Shown: piece by piece, positions 8,644 through 18,485 of the stretch
Layout: each line of letters starts with the position of its first letter
How positions within the stretch are numbered: the stretch's first letter is position 1
Origin: Obrimoposthia wandeli
Lineage: Eukaryota
DNA length: 64,000 bases
Assembly (NCBI GenBank): GCA_977020255.1
Contig: CDROCS010000506.1
Span: 2,728,001 to 2,792,000 of the forward strand
Reading direction: 5' to 3'
The notes under the pieces: generated by a model
What the model saw: only the letters and a program-made list of their open reading frames with translations
Database searches by the model: none
Told to the model about the DNA's origin: nothing
Translations under genes and position numbers: made by a program

Positions 8644-9867
8644 ATGAAACGTAGAGATTTTATTAAAGGTACATTTGCTGTTGGCGCAACGGCTATGTTA
8701 CCGATTAATTGGGTATTTGCAGGCAACTTACCGAAAGGTCTTTCGCCATTAGAAGTTGAGTCGATAAAATGGACTTCGGTGACTGATTTACCTGATTACT
8801 ACAAGGTACTCAACAGTACACCGCTAAATGCTTATGTTGCAGATCATATGTTAGACCCGACGGTGACACCTGCTAATGTTCCGTTTGTTCGTTGGAATGG
8901 TTTACTGCCTGACTTTAAAGCGATGGATCCTAAAATTTGGGAATTCACTGTCGATGGAGAGTCATGCGAAACACCAAAAACATACACGATTGCAGATCTA
9001 AAAAGTAAATTTAAACACCATACCTACGCGTTGACGTTAGAGTGTGGTGGTAATAGCCGTAAGAATTTCTATCCGTCAACCAAAGGTAACCAGTGGAGTG
9101 ATGCCGCTGTTTATTGCTCTGAGTGGACTGGCGTATTAGTCAGTGACGTATTAAAAGATTGCGGGGTTAAAGATGACGCTGTTTATACAGGACATCATAG
9201 TGTCGATCGCCATTTAAGTGGTAAAGGTGATGCCGTATCTCGTGGCGTACCGATTAAATACGCATTGGAAGATAACGCCTTGATCGCATGGTCAATGAAT
9301 GGTGAAGAGATCCCGTACTTACATGGTTACCCATTACGTATCGTGTTTGGTGGTCGTCCTGCATCTGTATCATCAAAAGCGGCAACGGGTATCAGTATTC
9401 GTAATGTTGAGCATGACGGTACTAAAATGGGCTCACCAGCTTACCGTGTACCTAAATACCCCGTTGCACCAGGCGAGAAAGTGGCATTAGATGATTTCGA
9501 TATCATTGAGCACATGATTGTTAAATCGCTGATTACCCATCCGCAAACAGGCAGTGAATTGAAGCTGGGTCAAAAAACCGAAGTGCGTGGACATGCTTGG
9601 GCTGGCCCGCTGGAAGTTGTGAAGATGGAAGTCAGCTATGACTATGGCGCGACTTGGCATCTTGCTAATTTGAAGAAACAGCCGAACCAAATGGCATGGC
9701 AAGATTGGTCTGTCGAACTGGATTTACCACAGCACGGCTATTATGAAATATGGTCAAAAGCGACAGACAGTGAAGGAACATCACAACCTGTAGTGCAACC
9801 ACAATGGAATCCAAAGGGTTACATGTTCAATGGTTGTCATCGTATTGCGGTACGGGTAAAAGTATGA
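8644..9867 (+). CDS. sorA: Sulfite:cytochrome c oxidoreductase molybdopterin subunit (sulfite oxidase family)
   Basis: Tat motif KRRDFIK. Moco-ligating LECGGN, NGE.IP..HGYPLR, V.GHAWAG and WNPKGY..N motifs. Confidence 0.85.
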   Translation: MKRRDFIKGTFAVGATAMLPINWVFAGNLPKGLSPLEVESIKWTSVTDLPDYYKVLNSTPLNAYVADHMLDPTVTPANVPFVRWNGLLPDFKAMDPKIWEFTVDGESCETPKTYTIADLKSKFKHHTYALTLECGGNSRKNFYPSTKGNQWSDAAVYCSEWTGVLVSDVLKDCGVKDDAVYTGHHSVDRHLSGKGDAVSRGVPIKYALEDNALIAWSMNGEEIPYLHGYPLRIVFGGRPASVSSKAATGISIRNVEHDGTKMGSPAYRVPKYPVAPGEKVALDDFDIIEHMIVKSLITHPQTGSELKLGQKTEVRGHAWAGPLEVVKMEVSYDYGATWHLANLKKQPNQMAWQDWSVELDLPQHGYYEIWSKATDSEGTSQPVVQPQWNPKGYMFNGCHRIAVRVKV

Positions 9868-10232
9868 ACAAACTCCGCTATTTGATGGTGTTGTGCTTAC
9901 TTAGTTTAAGTACGACAGCAGCTGCAAAGGTTGAAAGTTATTTAGTCGATCAAAAGTCTGGCCTGATCATGGCGCCAGGTTGGGAGTTGGTTAACAAGCA
10001 ATGTAACGCTTGTCACACGACGTTAATTATTCCTCAGAATCGTGGTAATAAAGAAGATTGGCGTGCAACGTTAGAGTGGATGGTGGATAGCCAAGGCTTG
10101 TGGGATCTGAGTGATACTTGGGAGCCTATTCTGGATTATTTATCAACGAACTATAACCAGCAAAAAATTGATTTAAGCACATTTAGGCGTTTACCTATAG
10201 CGGTTGACGATATGCCACCAGAGGCAAAATAG
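9864..10232 (+). CDS. sorB: Monoheme cytochrome c subunit of sulfite dehydrogenase (SorB, Campylobacter Cj0004c type)
   Basis: ATGA overlap with sorA, signal peptide, CNACH, W...L.WM.DSQGLW..ILDYL..NY pattern. Confidence 0.75.
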   Translation: MNKLRYLMVLCLLSLSTTAAAKVESYLVDQKSGLIMAPGWELVNKQCNACHTTLIIPQNRGNKEDWRATLEWMVDSQGLWDLSDTWEPILDYLSTNYNQQKIDLSTFRRLPIAVDDMPPEAK

Positions 10233-10248
10233 AGTGAGTATTTCTAGC

Positions 10249-10584
10249 ATGATAAAAAAAATAGTATTCACGACAGCCCTAATGTTAGCGTCAGCAACTG
10301 CAATGGCAACCGATACGGATATTGTGAAGCCGAATTTAGCCAATGGTAAACAGCTTTCTGAACGCTGTTTAGCTTGCCATAATGAAAGTCGCTTAGAAGA
10401 GTTTAATTACTTCCCGTATCTGGAAGGGCAGAAATACAAATACATCGTTCGCCAATTAAATAATTTCAAATTGGGCTTGCGTAAAAGTCCGTTTATGGAA
10501 GGTGAAGTGGCGTATTTGACAGGGCAAGATATGATCGATGTGGCGTATTACTTTAGCCTGCAAGATAAGAAAAACCATAAATAA
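10249..10584 (+). CDS. Periplasmic monoheme class I cytochrome c
   Basis: Signal peptide MIKKIVFTTALMLASATAMA, CLACH, PYLEGQKYKYIVRQL..FK.G.R...M. Confidence 0.88.
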   Translation: MIKKIVFTTALMLASATAMATDTDIVKPNLANGKQLSERCLACHNESRLEEFNYFPYLEGQKYKYIVRQLNNFKLGLRKSPFMEGEVAYLTGQDMIDVAYYFSLQDKKNHK

Positions 10585-10739
10585 TAAGCTCAATTAAAAA
10601 CTCACATGCAGCGAGTCTATATGTCATGTATAGGCTCGTTTCATCTCGCTATACCTCTCCCGATTCTTATACCTTCATACCTTCTTTTACTTTTAAATCA
10701 GACGATTAACCGCGTTGTTTTACCGATAGCTAACCATGC

Positions 10740-11516
10740 TTATTTACCCAAGTAACGTTTCAGCATGTCTGGTGCATTATCATCGGTTAAAATAGCAGTT
10801 GGTGCATGTAGGGCAATTTTACCATCTTCTACAAAAGCAATATTGTCGGCTATCTGTAGAGCATCATCTGGGTTATGAGTGACCATTAACACCGTAATGC
10901 CATGCTCTTTATTCAGCTTGGCAATTAAACGTAGCATCTCTTGGCGTAAGGCTGGGTCGAGGGCGCTAAATGGTTCATCGAGTAATAACAAAGGTTGTTT
11001 ACGGGCTAAGCAGCGGGCAATACCAACGCGCTGACGCTGACCGCCACTCAAGTCACCGGGTAGGCGGTTGAGTAATTCTGTTATTTCGACTTGTTGCGCC
11101 GCTTTCTCAAGTGCTGCTTGTTGGTTTGCGTCCAGTTTCATACTTGGCGCTAAACCAATGGCGATATTCTGCTTTACCGTTAAATGGTTAAACAGATTAT
11201 GTTCTTGAAATAAGGTAGTGATTGGTCGCTGCGCTGGGGCTTTCGCTAATATGGATATATCCTGAAAGCTGATATCGCCCGATAACGGTTGGTTAAAACC
11301 GGCAATAAGATTGAGTAAGGTTGATTTACCCGAACCACTCGCGCCGAGGATCGCTAAGGTTTCACCACGATTAACCACTAAATCAAATTGCATCTGCATC
11401 TGTTCATACGCAAAGGTAATATTATCGAGCTGTAATAATACGCTGATATCGGTACTCGGGTTCACATTGGTATTAGTCAGAGGGTTCGCTTTTTTTAGCA
11501 GTGTCGCATTAGGCAT
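10740..11516 (-). CDS. thiQ: Thiamine ABC transporter ATP-binding protein
   Basis: GASGSGKS, LSGGQRQ, LLLLDEPF. Start ATG 11516 overlaps the thiP stop and follows a GGAGG RBS. Confidence 0.93.
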   Translation of the reverse strand: MPNATLLKKANPLTNTNVNPSTDISVLLQLDNITFAYEQMQMQFDLVVNRGETLAILGASGSGKSTLLNLIAGFNQPLSGDISFQDISILAKAPAQRPITTLFQEHNLFNHLTVKQNIAIGLAPSMKLDANQQAALEKAAQQVEITELLNRLPGDLSGGQRQRVGIARCLARKQPLLLLDEPFSALDPALRQEMLRLIAKLNKEHGITVLMVTHNPDDALQIADNIAFVEDGKIALHAPTAILTDDNAPDMLKRYLGK

Positions 11517-13113
11517 TTTTGCCTCCAATAATTCGTTCAAACAGATAGAAGATCACACCGCATAGCGTTAATAAGAAGATAGCCGTTACAGCTGCCGCAT
11601 CAAGCTGATAACTGCCTAACTGACGATAGAGTACCAAAGGCAGGGTTTGCATATCTTGGCTGCCAAACAAGGCGATGACACTTAAATCACCCAGAGATAA
11701 CACACACGCTAGCCCTAATCCCATCGCAATCGGTTTACGCAATAATGGCCACTCTATAATTCGCAGACGTTGTAAACGTGATAAGCCTAAGCTGATGGCG
11801 AGTTTGTCATAAGACGCAAAACTGTCTTGGATAGGTTGGTTCAATACCCGCAGTAAGTAAGGCAGCGCCATTAATGCATTGACCAGAATAACCAGCCAAG
11901 CAGCGATACTAAACACATCGACATAGGGACGTAATAATAAGAACAAACCTGTGCCCAGAACCAGCGCAGGCACCACTAGAATAATCGCGCCAATATTTTC
12001 GATACCATAGGCTAACGTCATTAATTTAAAGCGCACTTTCAATATACGGGTCGAGAATAAGATAGCGCAGGCGAGCAATAAACTTAACAAACCCGAGCTC
12101 AGGGCTATTTGTAATGATATGCCTGTTGCTTGCCATAACATGGGTTGGCTAAGCACGTTAAGGGTATTGCTGTTAATGCCGCTACTTAAAATCGCCAACA
12201 TTGGCGGCGCTAATAAACAACTCGCGAGCATAAAGCTAAAACCATCAGCGATTTTACTACTGAGGCTATGGCAATCGGGGCGACGGAAGTAATTACCTGA
12301 TGGTGCTGACATAGGTTGTGACTTTAGAAATATCGCGCTAAACAGCATCAAGGCCACGGTGATAGCCACTTGGATCATCGCTAACGCCACTGCTTGCTCG
12401 ATATCAAATTCAAACTTGAGTGCTTGGTAGATCGCCACTTCAAGCGTTGCATAATCTGGTCCGCCACCGAGTGACATGACAATCGCGAAACTGGTAAAGC
12501 ACAGCATGAAAATAAGGCTGATTAACGAGGGTAACTGCTGCTTTATTTTCGGCCACTCTAAGGTGATGAAGATGTGTCGTGATTGCATGTTTAGCTGACT
12601 CGCCAAGCGCCAAGATTCACTCGGAATCGAGTCGAGAGTTTGCAGTAAAATACGCGTGGCTAACGGCACATTGAAAAATAAATGCGCCAGTAAAATACCG
12701 GTTAAGCCATAAATATAATGGCCTGTTTCGATATTAAAGAAACCTAAAATTTGGTTCACCCAACCATTTTTACCGTGCACGGCGACAATACCAAAGATGG
12801 CAATGATGATGGGCAGTACTAGTGACAAGTTAAATAGTTTGATGATTAATTGTTTACCAACAAATTCTCGGCGTGAAAAAGCCCGCGCCAGAGGGATCGC
12901 TAAACCGATACTTAAGCCCGTGGATAAAGCGGCTTGGTAAAAACTAAAGCTAATGACATGTCGGGTGTAAGAGTCAGCAAGCACACTGCTAAAGTCTAAC
13001 TCGGCTTGTGAAAAATTAAGCAGGGCAGTAAAACTACCGCCTACTAGAAGTAAAATGATGCTGATGGCGAGCAAAGCGCTACACCACCAGTATTTATGCG
13101 AATTCGCGATCAT
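11509..13113 (-). CDS. thiP: Thiamine ABC transporter permease
   Basis: Duplicated ABC permease. ILLAHLFFNVPLA, GGGP..ATLEVAIYQAL and LSLGD...ALFG motifs. Confidence 0.93.
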   Translation of the reverse strand: MIANSHKYWWCSALLAISIILLLVGGSFTALLNFSQAELDFSSVLADSYTRHVISFSFYQAALSTGLSIGLAIPLARAFSRREFVGKQLIIKLFNLSLVLPIIIAIFGIVAVHGKNGWVNQILGFFNIETGHYIYGLTGILLAHLFFNVPLATRILLQTLDSIPSESWRLASQLNMQSRHIFITLEWPKIKQQLPSLISLIFMLCFTSFAIVMSLGGGPDYATLEVAIYQALKFEFDIEQAVALAMIQVAITVALMLFSAIFLKSQPMSAPSGNYFRRPDCHSLSSKIADGFSFMLASCLLAPPMLAILSSGINSNTLNVLSQPMLWQATGISLQIALSSGLLSLLLACAILFSTRILKVRFKLMTLAYGIENIGAIILVVPALVLGTGLFLLLRPYVDVFSIAAWLVILVNALMALPYLLRVLNQPIQDSFASYDKLAISLGLSRLQRLRIIEWPLLRKPIAMGLGLACVLSLGDLSVIALFGSQDMQTLPLVLYRQLGSYQLDAAAVTAIFLLTLCGVIFYLFERIIGGKNA

Positions 13114-13126
13114 ATCAATCTGCTAA

Positions 13127-14134
13127 TTACTGAGTAACAGCGTTACGCCATTCTTTAACCCAAGATTTACGTGATTCAGCGACTTCTTCAGGTGTGAACT
13201 CGATAGTTTTAGCTGGTGTAATCAGTTTTCCAAACTCGCTTGGTAATGCGGCAGCTTGTTTTGCTGGTAGCATCCAGTTGCCAGTTGCTATAACGTCTTG
13301 AAAAGCAGGGCTAAGCACAAATGCCATGAATTGATCGGCTAACTCCGGGTTTGCTGCATCTTTCAAACGCGCAACCACTTCAGTTTGCTGATAATGACCT
13401 TCAGTGAATTCAACCGCTTTATATTTAAATTCGTTTTCTGCAATCATGTGGTAAGCCGGTGATGTGGTATAGCTTAATACCATGTCCGCTTCGCCTTTTA
13501 AGAACATACCGTAAGCTTGGCTCCAGCCTTTAGTAATGGTCACGGTTTTGTCTGCAATCTGTTGCCATGCTTGTGGTGCTTGATCGCCATAAACTGCTTT
13601 AATCCATAGCATAAAGCCTAGGCCAGGTGTGCTAGTACGTGGATCTTGATAGATGATGCTTAGATCTTTACGTTCGATCAATTCCGCTAGGCTCTTTGGT
13701 GGATTAGCGAGTTTTTCACTGTCGTAGATAAAGGCAAAATGGCCGTAATCAAATGGAATGAAGTATTCGTTAGTCCACGCGTTTGGCAGTGATAAGTTGC
13801 TGGTATCTTGCTTGTGTGGTGCTAGCAGGTTGGTTTTTACCGCTTCAGCCATCAAGTTATTGTCTAAACCGAGTAGAACGTCAGCCTTGGTGTATTTACC
13901 TTCGAGTTTGACACGGTTAAGAATGCTCACGCCGTCTTCTAAAGCAACTAAGTTCAAGGTGCAATTACAATCCGCTTCAAATGCTGTTTTTACTTTTGGA
14001 CCGGGGCCCCAGTCAGATGCAAATGAATCGTAGGTATAGACATTTAATACTGGCTTGTCTGCTGCGTTAGCTACTGAAAGCGAAGGTAATAGTAGGGCAG
14101 TGCAAAGTGCTAGTTTTTTGATCGTGTGCTTCAC
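13127..14134 (-). CDS. thiB: Thiamine ABC transporter substrate-binding protein
   Basis: VYTYDSFASDWGPGP, PFDYGHFAFIYD, QDPRTSTPGLG, YTTSPAYH. GTG start after AGGAG. Confidence 0.95.
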   Translation of the reverse strand: MKHTIKKLALCTALLLPSLSVANAADKPVLNVYTYDSFASDWGPGPKVKTAFEADCNCTLNLVALEDGVSILNRVKLEGKYTKADVLLGLDNNLMAEAVKTNLLAPHKQDTSNLSLPNAWTNEYFIPFDYGHFAFIYDSEKLANPPKSLAELIERKDLSIIYQDPRTSTPGLGFMLWIKAVYGDQAPQAWQQIADKTVTITKGWSQAYGMFLKGEADMVLSYTTSPAYHMIAENEFKYKAVEFTEGHYQQTEVVARLKDAANPELADQFMAFVLSPAFQDVIATGNWMLPAKQAAALPSEFGKLITPAKTIEFTPEEVAESRKSWVKEWRNAVTQ

Positions 14135-14230
14135 GTGTTCTCCTAGAATGTGAAGCATAGAACTTATGACTCGGTAATGCGTACTTATCTGCGTATTAAT
14201 TCTTAACGCTGATATGAACCAGTCTGTCGA

Positions 14231-14330
14231 ATCTCATTCCTATGCCAGCATTATCTGGTTCAAGTTAATACGGGTGTTATCTCAGCCACTGTGACCCTTT
14301 TATTCAAAGTCTGGTAGCACCCCGATGAGT
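14231..14330 (-). ncRNA. TPP riboswitch
   Basis: Minus strand actcatcGGGGTGC...GCTGAGAtaACCCGT..ACTTGAaccagATAATGCtgGCATAGGaatgag, upstream of thiBPQ. Confidence 0.93.
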
Positions 14331-14475
14331 GAACGCACATTGTATTTTTATTTGAGCCAAGAGTACACATTTGTTTGTGTACGACTTTATTTTATAATTT
14401 GAGATTCAGATTTAAGATTTTCCAGTGCTTTTTCAGAGCCGGGCGACTTTAACAAAATAGTCGTTTAGATCGCAT

Positions 14476-14630
14476 TATTGAGTATCGACCATCCTTGCTG
14501 AATAAATGATAACTATACTCAAATATAGAAAATAATCATTTAGATATGTGAATGATTTACTCGGTATGGTGAAACATTCACTCAGTATCATTACAGGTTT
14601 GCTCGGTATGAATAAAGACTTGCTGAGCAT
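14476..14630. repeat. Phased array of a 9-10 bp motif (TRCTSRGTAT) at 20-21 bp spacing
   Basis: Copies at 14476, 14496, 14516, (14537 degenerate), 14558, 14579, 14600 and 14621. Confidence 0.75.
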
Positions 14631-14661
14631 GTAAGAACGAAGGCAATAAGAGGGATATGAT

Positions 14662-14952
14662 GTGCTAAAAGCTAATTTGGAACGACGTAGTTATCACCGA
14701 ATGTTGATCGACTCACCGGTGCAGGTAACGGATGAAGAGCGTAATATTACGGCTATTTGTCGAGATTTAAGTGCCAGCGGCATGTCGCTAGATGTACCTG
14801 AAAGTTACTTTTCATTAAACGATAATGTCAGTATCTTTCTACCAACAGGTGATACTCGTGTGCCGCCACTGCAAGCCGAAGCCAAAGTAACTCGGGTTGA
14901 TAATAATGGCGATAATTACCAAATAGGTGTCGAGTTTACTAGCTTGACTTAA
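14662..14952 (+). CDS. Stand-alone PilZ domain protein (c-di-GMP receptor)
   Basis: RxxxR (RRSYHR) and DxSxxG (DLSASG) motifs are intact. Confidence 0.9.
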   Translation: MLKANLERRSYHRMLIDSPVQVTDEERNITAICRDLSASGMSLDVPESYFSLNDNVSIFLPTGDTRVPPLQAEAKVTRVDNNGDNYQIGVEFTSLT

Positions 14953-15003
14953 ATTAATTTGGTGACTTAAGTTATCTCGGAAATCAGTCGATAATAAACA
15001 GAC

Positions 15004-15042
15004 AAAAAAAGGCCGAAAGTGAGATCCACTTTCGGCCTTTTT
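15004..15042. terminator. Bidirectional intrinsic terminator (pilZ / leuB)
   Basis: A7-ggccgaaagtg-agatc-cactttcggcc-T5. Confidence 0.88.
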
Positions 15043-15101
15043 ACTTATACGACTTAAATAAGTTTAGCCGTATAGCTTATTTTGGATCTTAGATTCAAAT
15101 A

Positions 15102-16214
<1,113 letters not shown>

Positions 16215-16233
16215 CTATATTATTAAATTTGTA

Positions 16234-17799
16234 TTATTGAGTTTGTTTTTTAAGTTTTTGTTGTTCTACCGCATTTGCGCGATGGATATTATTCATTACG
16301 TGGATATAAGCCAGCGCAGAAGATTCAATGATATCTGTTGCTAGGCCGATGCCGTGAAATTTACGGCCTTCGTATGTTGCAACAATATCGACTTGACCCA
16401 ATGCGTCTTTACCTTCACCTTTGGCGGTGATGTGGTAATCGGCAATATCGATATCAAAGCCAGAAATACGGCTTAAACATTTGTATACTGCATCGACAGG
16501 ACCATTACCAATTGCGGCTTCAGTCGTTGATTCAGTTTCATCGTTAGTTACTGTTTTTGATGTTAGGCAAATTGTAGCGGTTGCTGTTACACCAGAACCA
16601 GACTGAACACTGAGGTAATCTAATTTAAAGTGTTCTTCATCTTCATGCAAATTGTTAAAGAAGACTAAAGCTTCTAAGTCGTAATCAAACACTTGGCCTT
16701 TCTTATCTGCCAGTTGCAAGAAGCTTTCATATAACTCATCAAGGCTATAATCAGTGTCGCTATAACCCAATTCTGCCATGCGATGTTTAATTACGTGACG
16801 ACCAGAGCGTGATGTTAGGTTTAATTTATTTTGCGTTAGACCTATGCTTTCAGGTGTCATGATCTCGTAGGTATTTTTCGCTTTTAACATACCATCTTGG
16901 TGAATACCTGATGAATGTGAAAACGCATTACCACCGACAATGGCTTTATTACTCTGTACTGGCATGTTGCATAGCTGGCTAACCAGTTGGCTAGTACGGT
17001 AAATTTCTTGTGGATTGATATTAGTGGTTTTACCTAATAAATCGTAGCGAGTATGCAAGATCATGGCAATTTCTTCTAACGAACAGTTACCAGCACGTTC
17101 GCCAATACCATTGATAGTACATTCGATTTGACGTGCGCCTTGCTGTACAGCTGCAATTGAGTTTGCAACGGATAAGCCAAGGTCATCATGACAATGTACC
17201 GAAATAACTGCTTGATCGATATTTGGTACTCGATTGAATAGGTCGGTAATGATGCCGCCGAATTGCGATGGTACGGTATAACCCACGGTATCCGGAATAT
17301 TGATTGTCGTTGCACCGGCTTTAATCGCTTCTTCAACCATACGACAAAGATTATCAATAGGCGTTCGGCCTGCATCTTCACAAGAGAACTCAACATCGTC
17401 AGTATACTTACGTGCATGTTTAATTGCGTGACGACCCATTTGAAGCACATCTTCAAAGCTACGTTTTAATTTACTTTGAACGTGAATGTCTGATGTTGAA
17501 ATAAAGGTGTGAATACGAAAGTCTTTAGCAACGGAAAGGGCTTCACCTGCTGCGTCAATGTCTTTTTCTAGTGCACGAGAAAGCGCGCAAACACGACTGT
17601 TTTTAATATTGCGTGCGATTGTTTGCACTGACTCGAAATCACCAGGTGATGAAATTGGGAAACCAACTTCCATTACATCAACGCCTAAACGCTCAAGCGC
17701 AAAGGCAATTTGTAATTTTTCTTTTACGGTTAGGCTCGCAGATAATGCTTGCTCTCCATCCCTCAAGGTCGTATCAAAAATAATAACCTGGTCTGACAT
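16234..17799 (-). CDS. leuA: 2-isopropylmalate synthase
   Basis: [37 protein letters not shown] and a regulatory C-terminal domain. Confidence 0.97.
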   Translation of the reverse strand: MSDQVIIFDTTLRDGEQALSASLTVKEKLQIAFALERLGVDVMEVGFPISSPGDFESVQTIARNIKNSRVCALSRALEKDIDAAGEALSVAKDFRIHTFISTSDIHVQSKLKRSFEDVLQMGRHAIKHARKYTDDVEFSCEDAGRTPIDNLCRMVEEAIKAGATTINIPDTVGYTVPSQFGGIITDLFNRVPNIDQAVISVHCHDDLGLSVANSIAAVQQGARQIECTINGIGERAGNCSLEEIAMILHTRYDLLGKTTNINPQEIYRTSQLVSQLCNMPVQSNKAIVGGNAFSHSSGIHQDGMLKAKNTYEIMTPESIGLTQNKLNLTSRSGRHVIKHRMAELGYSDTDYSLDELYESFLQLADKKGQVFDYDLEALVFFNNLHEDEEHFKLDYLSVQSGSGVTATATICLTSKTVTNDETESTTEAAIGNGPVDAVYKCLSRISGFDIDIADYHITAKGEGKDALGQVDIVATYEGRKFHGIGLATDIIESSALAYIHVMNNIHRANAVEQQKLKKQTQ

Positions 17800-18074
17800 T
17801 ATGAATCCTTCAATTTGCCGTTTATAGACTCGCTTTAGCCATCTATATGTATAAATTAATTTTATGCCTTAATCATTACAGGCTTGGCTGTTTTTTGTCA
17901 ATTAATTTATACCTACGCTGTGGTGATTATTGATGCCGAGAGTTTAAATGGCGAAAGGGGTTATTAGCTTACTTGTGGCTGAGATAATTTTTCACAACCT
18001 TTATTGCACAGTAAATTAGACCTTTTGTTGATCTATGCCACACTTAAAATAGACTTTTTATAGAGAGGTGAAGT

Positions 18075-18224
18075 ATGTTATTTAAAAATGAAAGTGGTGA
18101 GATGGTAGAGCTTGCTGACAATTTAACATTAAAAGAATTAACCGAAATGGGGATTGATATATCCTTAGCTGAAAAGACCAGTGATGAACCCCTAGATAGT
18201 TGGTCACACTTAGCGAGTCATTAG
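18075..18224 (+). CDS. Unannotated small acidic protein (49 aa)
   Basis: AGAGAGG RBS. MLFKNESGEMVELADNLTLKELTEMGIDISLAEKTSDEPLDSWSHLASH*. Followed by two 8-bp hairpins. Below the ORF-track length cutoff. Confidence 0.65.
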   Translation: MLFKNESGEMVELADNLTLKELTEMGIDISLAEKTSDEPLDSWSHLASH

Positions 18225-18429
18225 CTACATTGTAGCGCGTGATTTGACTATGGATATAACGCGCTATTCGTTATGTATGTCACTAGCATAACGACTAAAT
18301 ATGTTATTAATTGTAGCGATAAGCTGCAGTTATCAATGTAAATGACACTATTATTGGCTTTTTGAGTGTGAAATAGGTTATAAAATCTTCATTTATTTTA
18401 CAAATGAAATTTTACAGGATACCCTCCTT

Positions 18430-18447
18430 GGCTTACATCTGTAAGCC
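18430..18447. promoter_or_regulatory. FabR-type operator
   Basis: Perfect palindrome GGCTTACA-TC-TGTAAGCC matching GCnTACA-N2-TGTAnGC, 38 bp before the acyl-CoA ligase start. Confidence 0.7.
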
Positions 18448-18485
18448 GAATTGAGTTTGCGCCCGAATTAACATGAGAAATAAAC

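Noticed and set aside
8644-9867. SoxC of a Sox thiosulfate-oxidation pathway
   Set aside because: No soxD-type partner and no soxXYZAB. The adjacent cytochrome is SorB-like.
14503-14541. Fur-box-like AAATGATAACTATACTCAAA and AAATAATCATT upstream of pilZ
   Set aside because: Partial matches in very AT-rich DNA that overlap the phased array. Not distinguishable from chance.
14476-14630. Periodic repeats read as a mini-CRISPR or iteron origin
   Set aside because: The conserved core is only 9-10 bp with 11-12 bp spacers, far below CRISPR dimensions, and there are no cas or rep genes or DnaA-box cluster nearby. Kept as an operator-array candidate instead.
17800-18060. Classical leuL attenuator
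   Set aside because: No run of Leu codons and no GC stem plus U-tract on the minus strand
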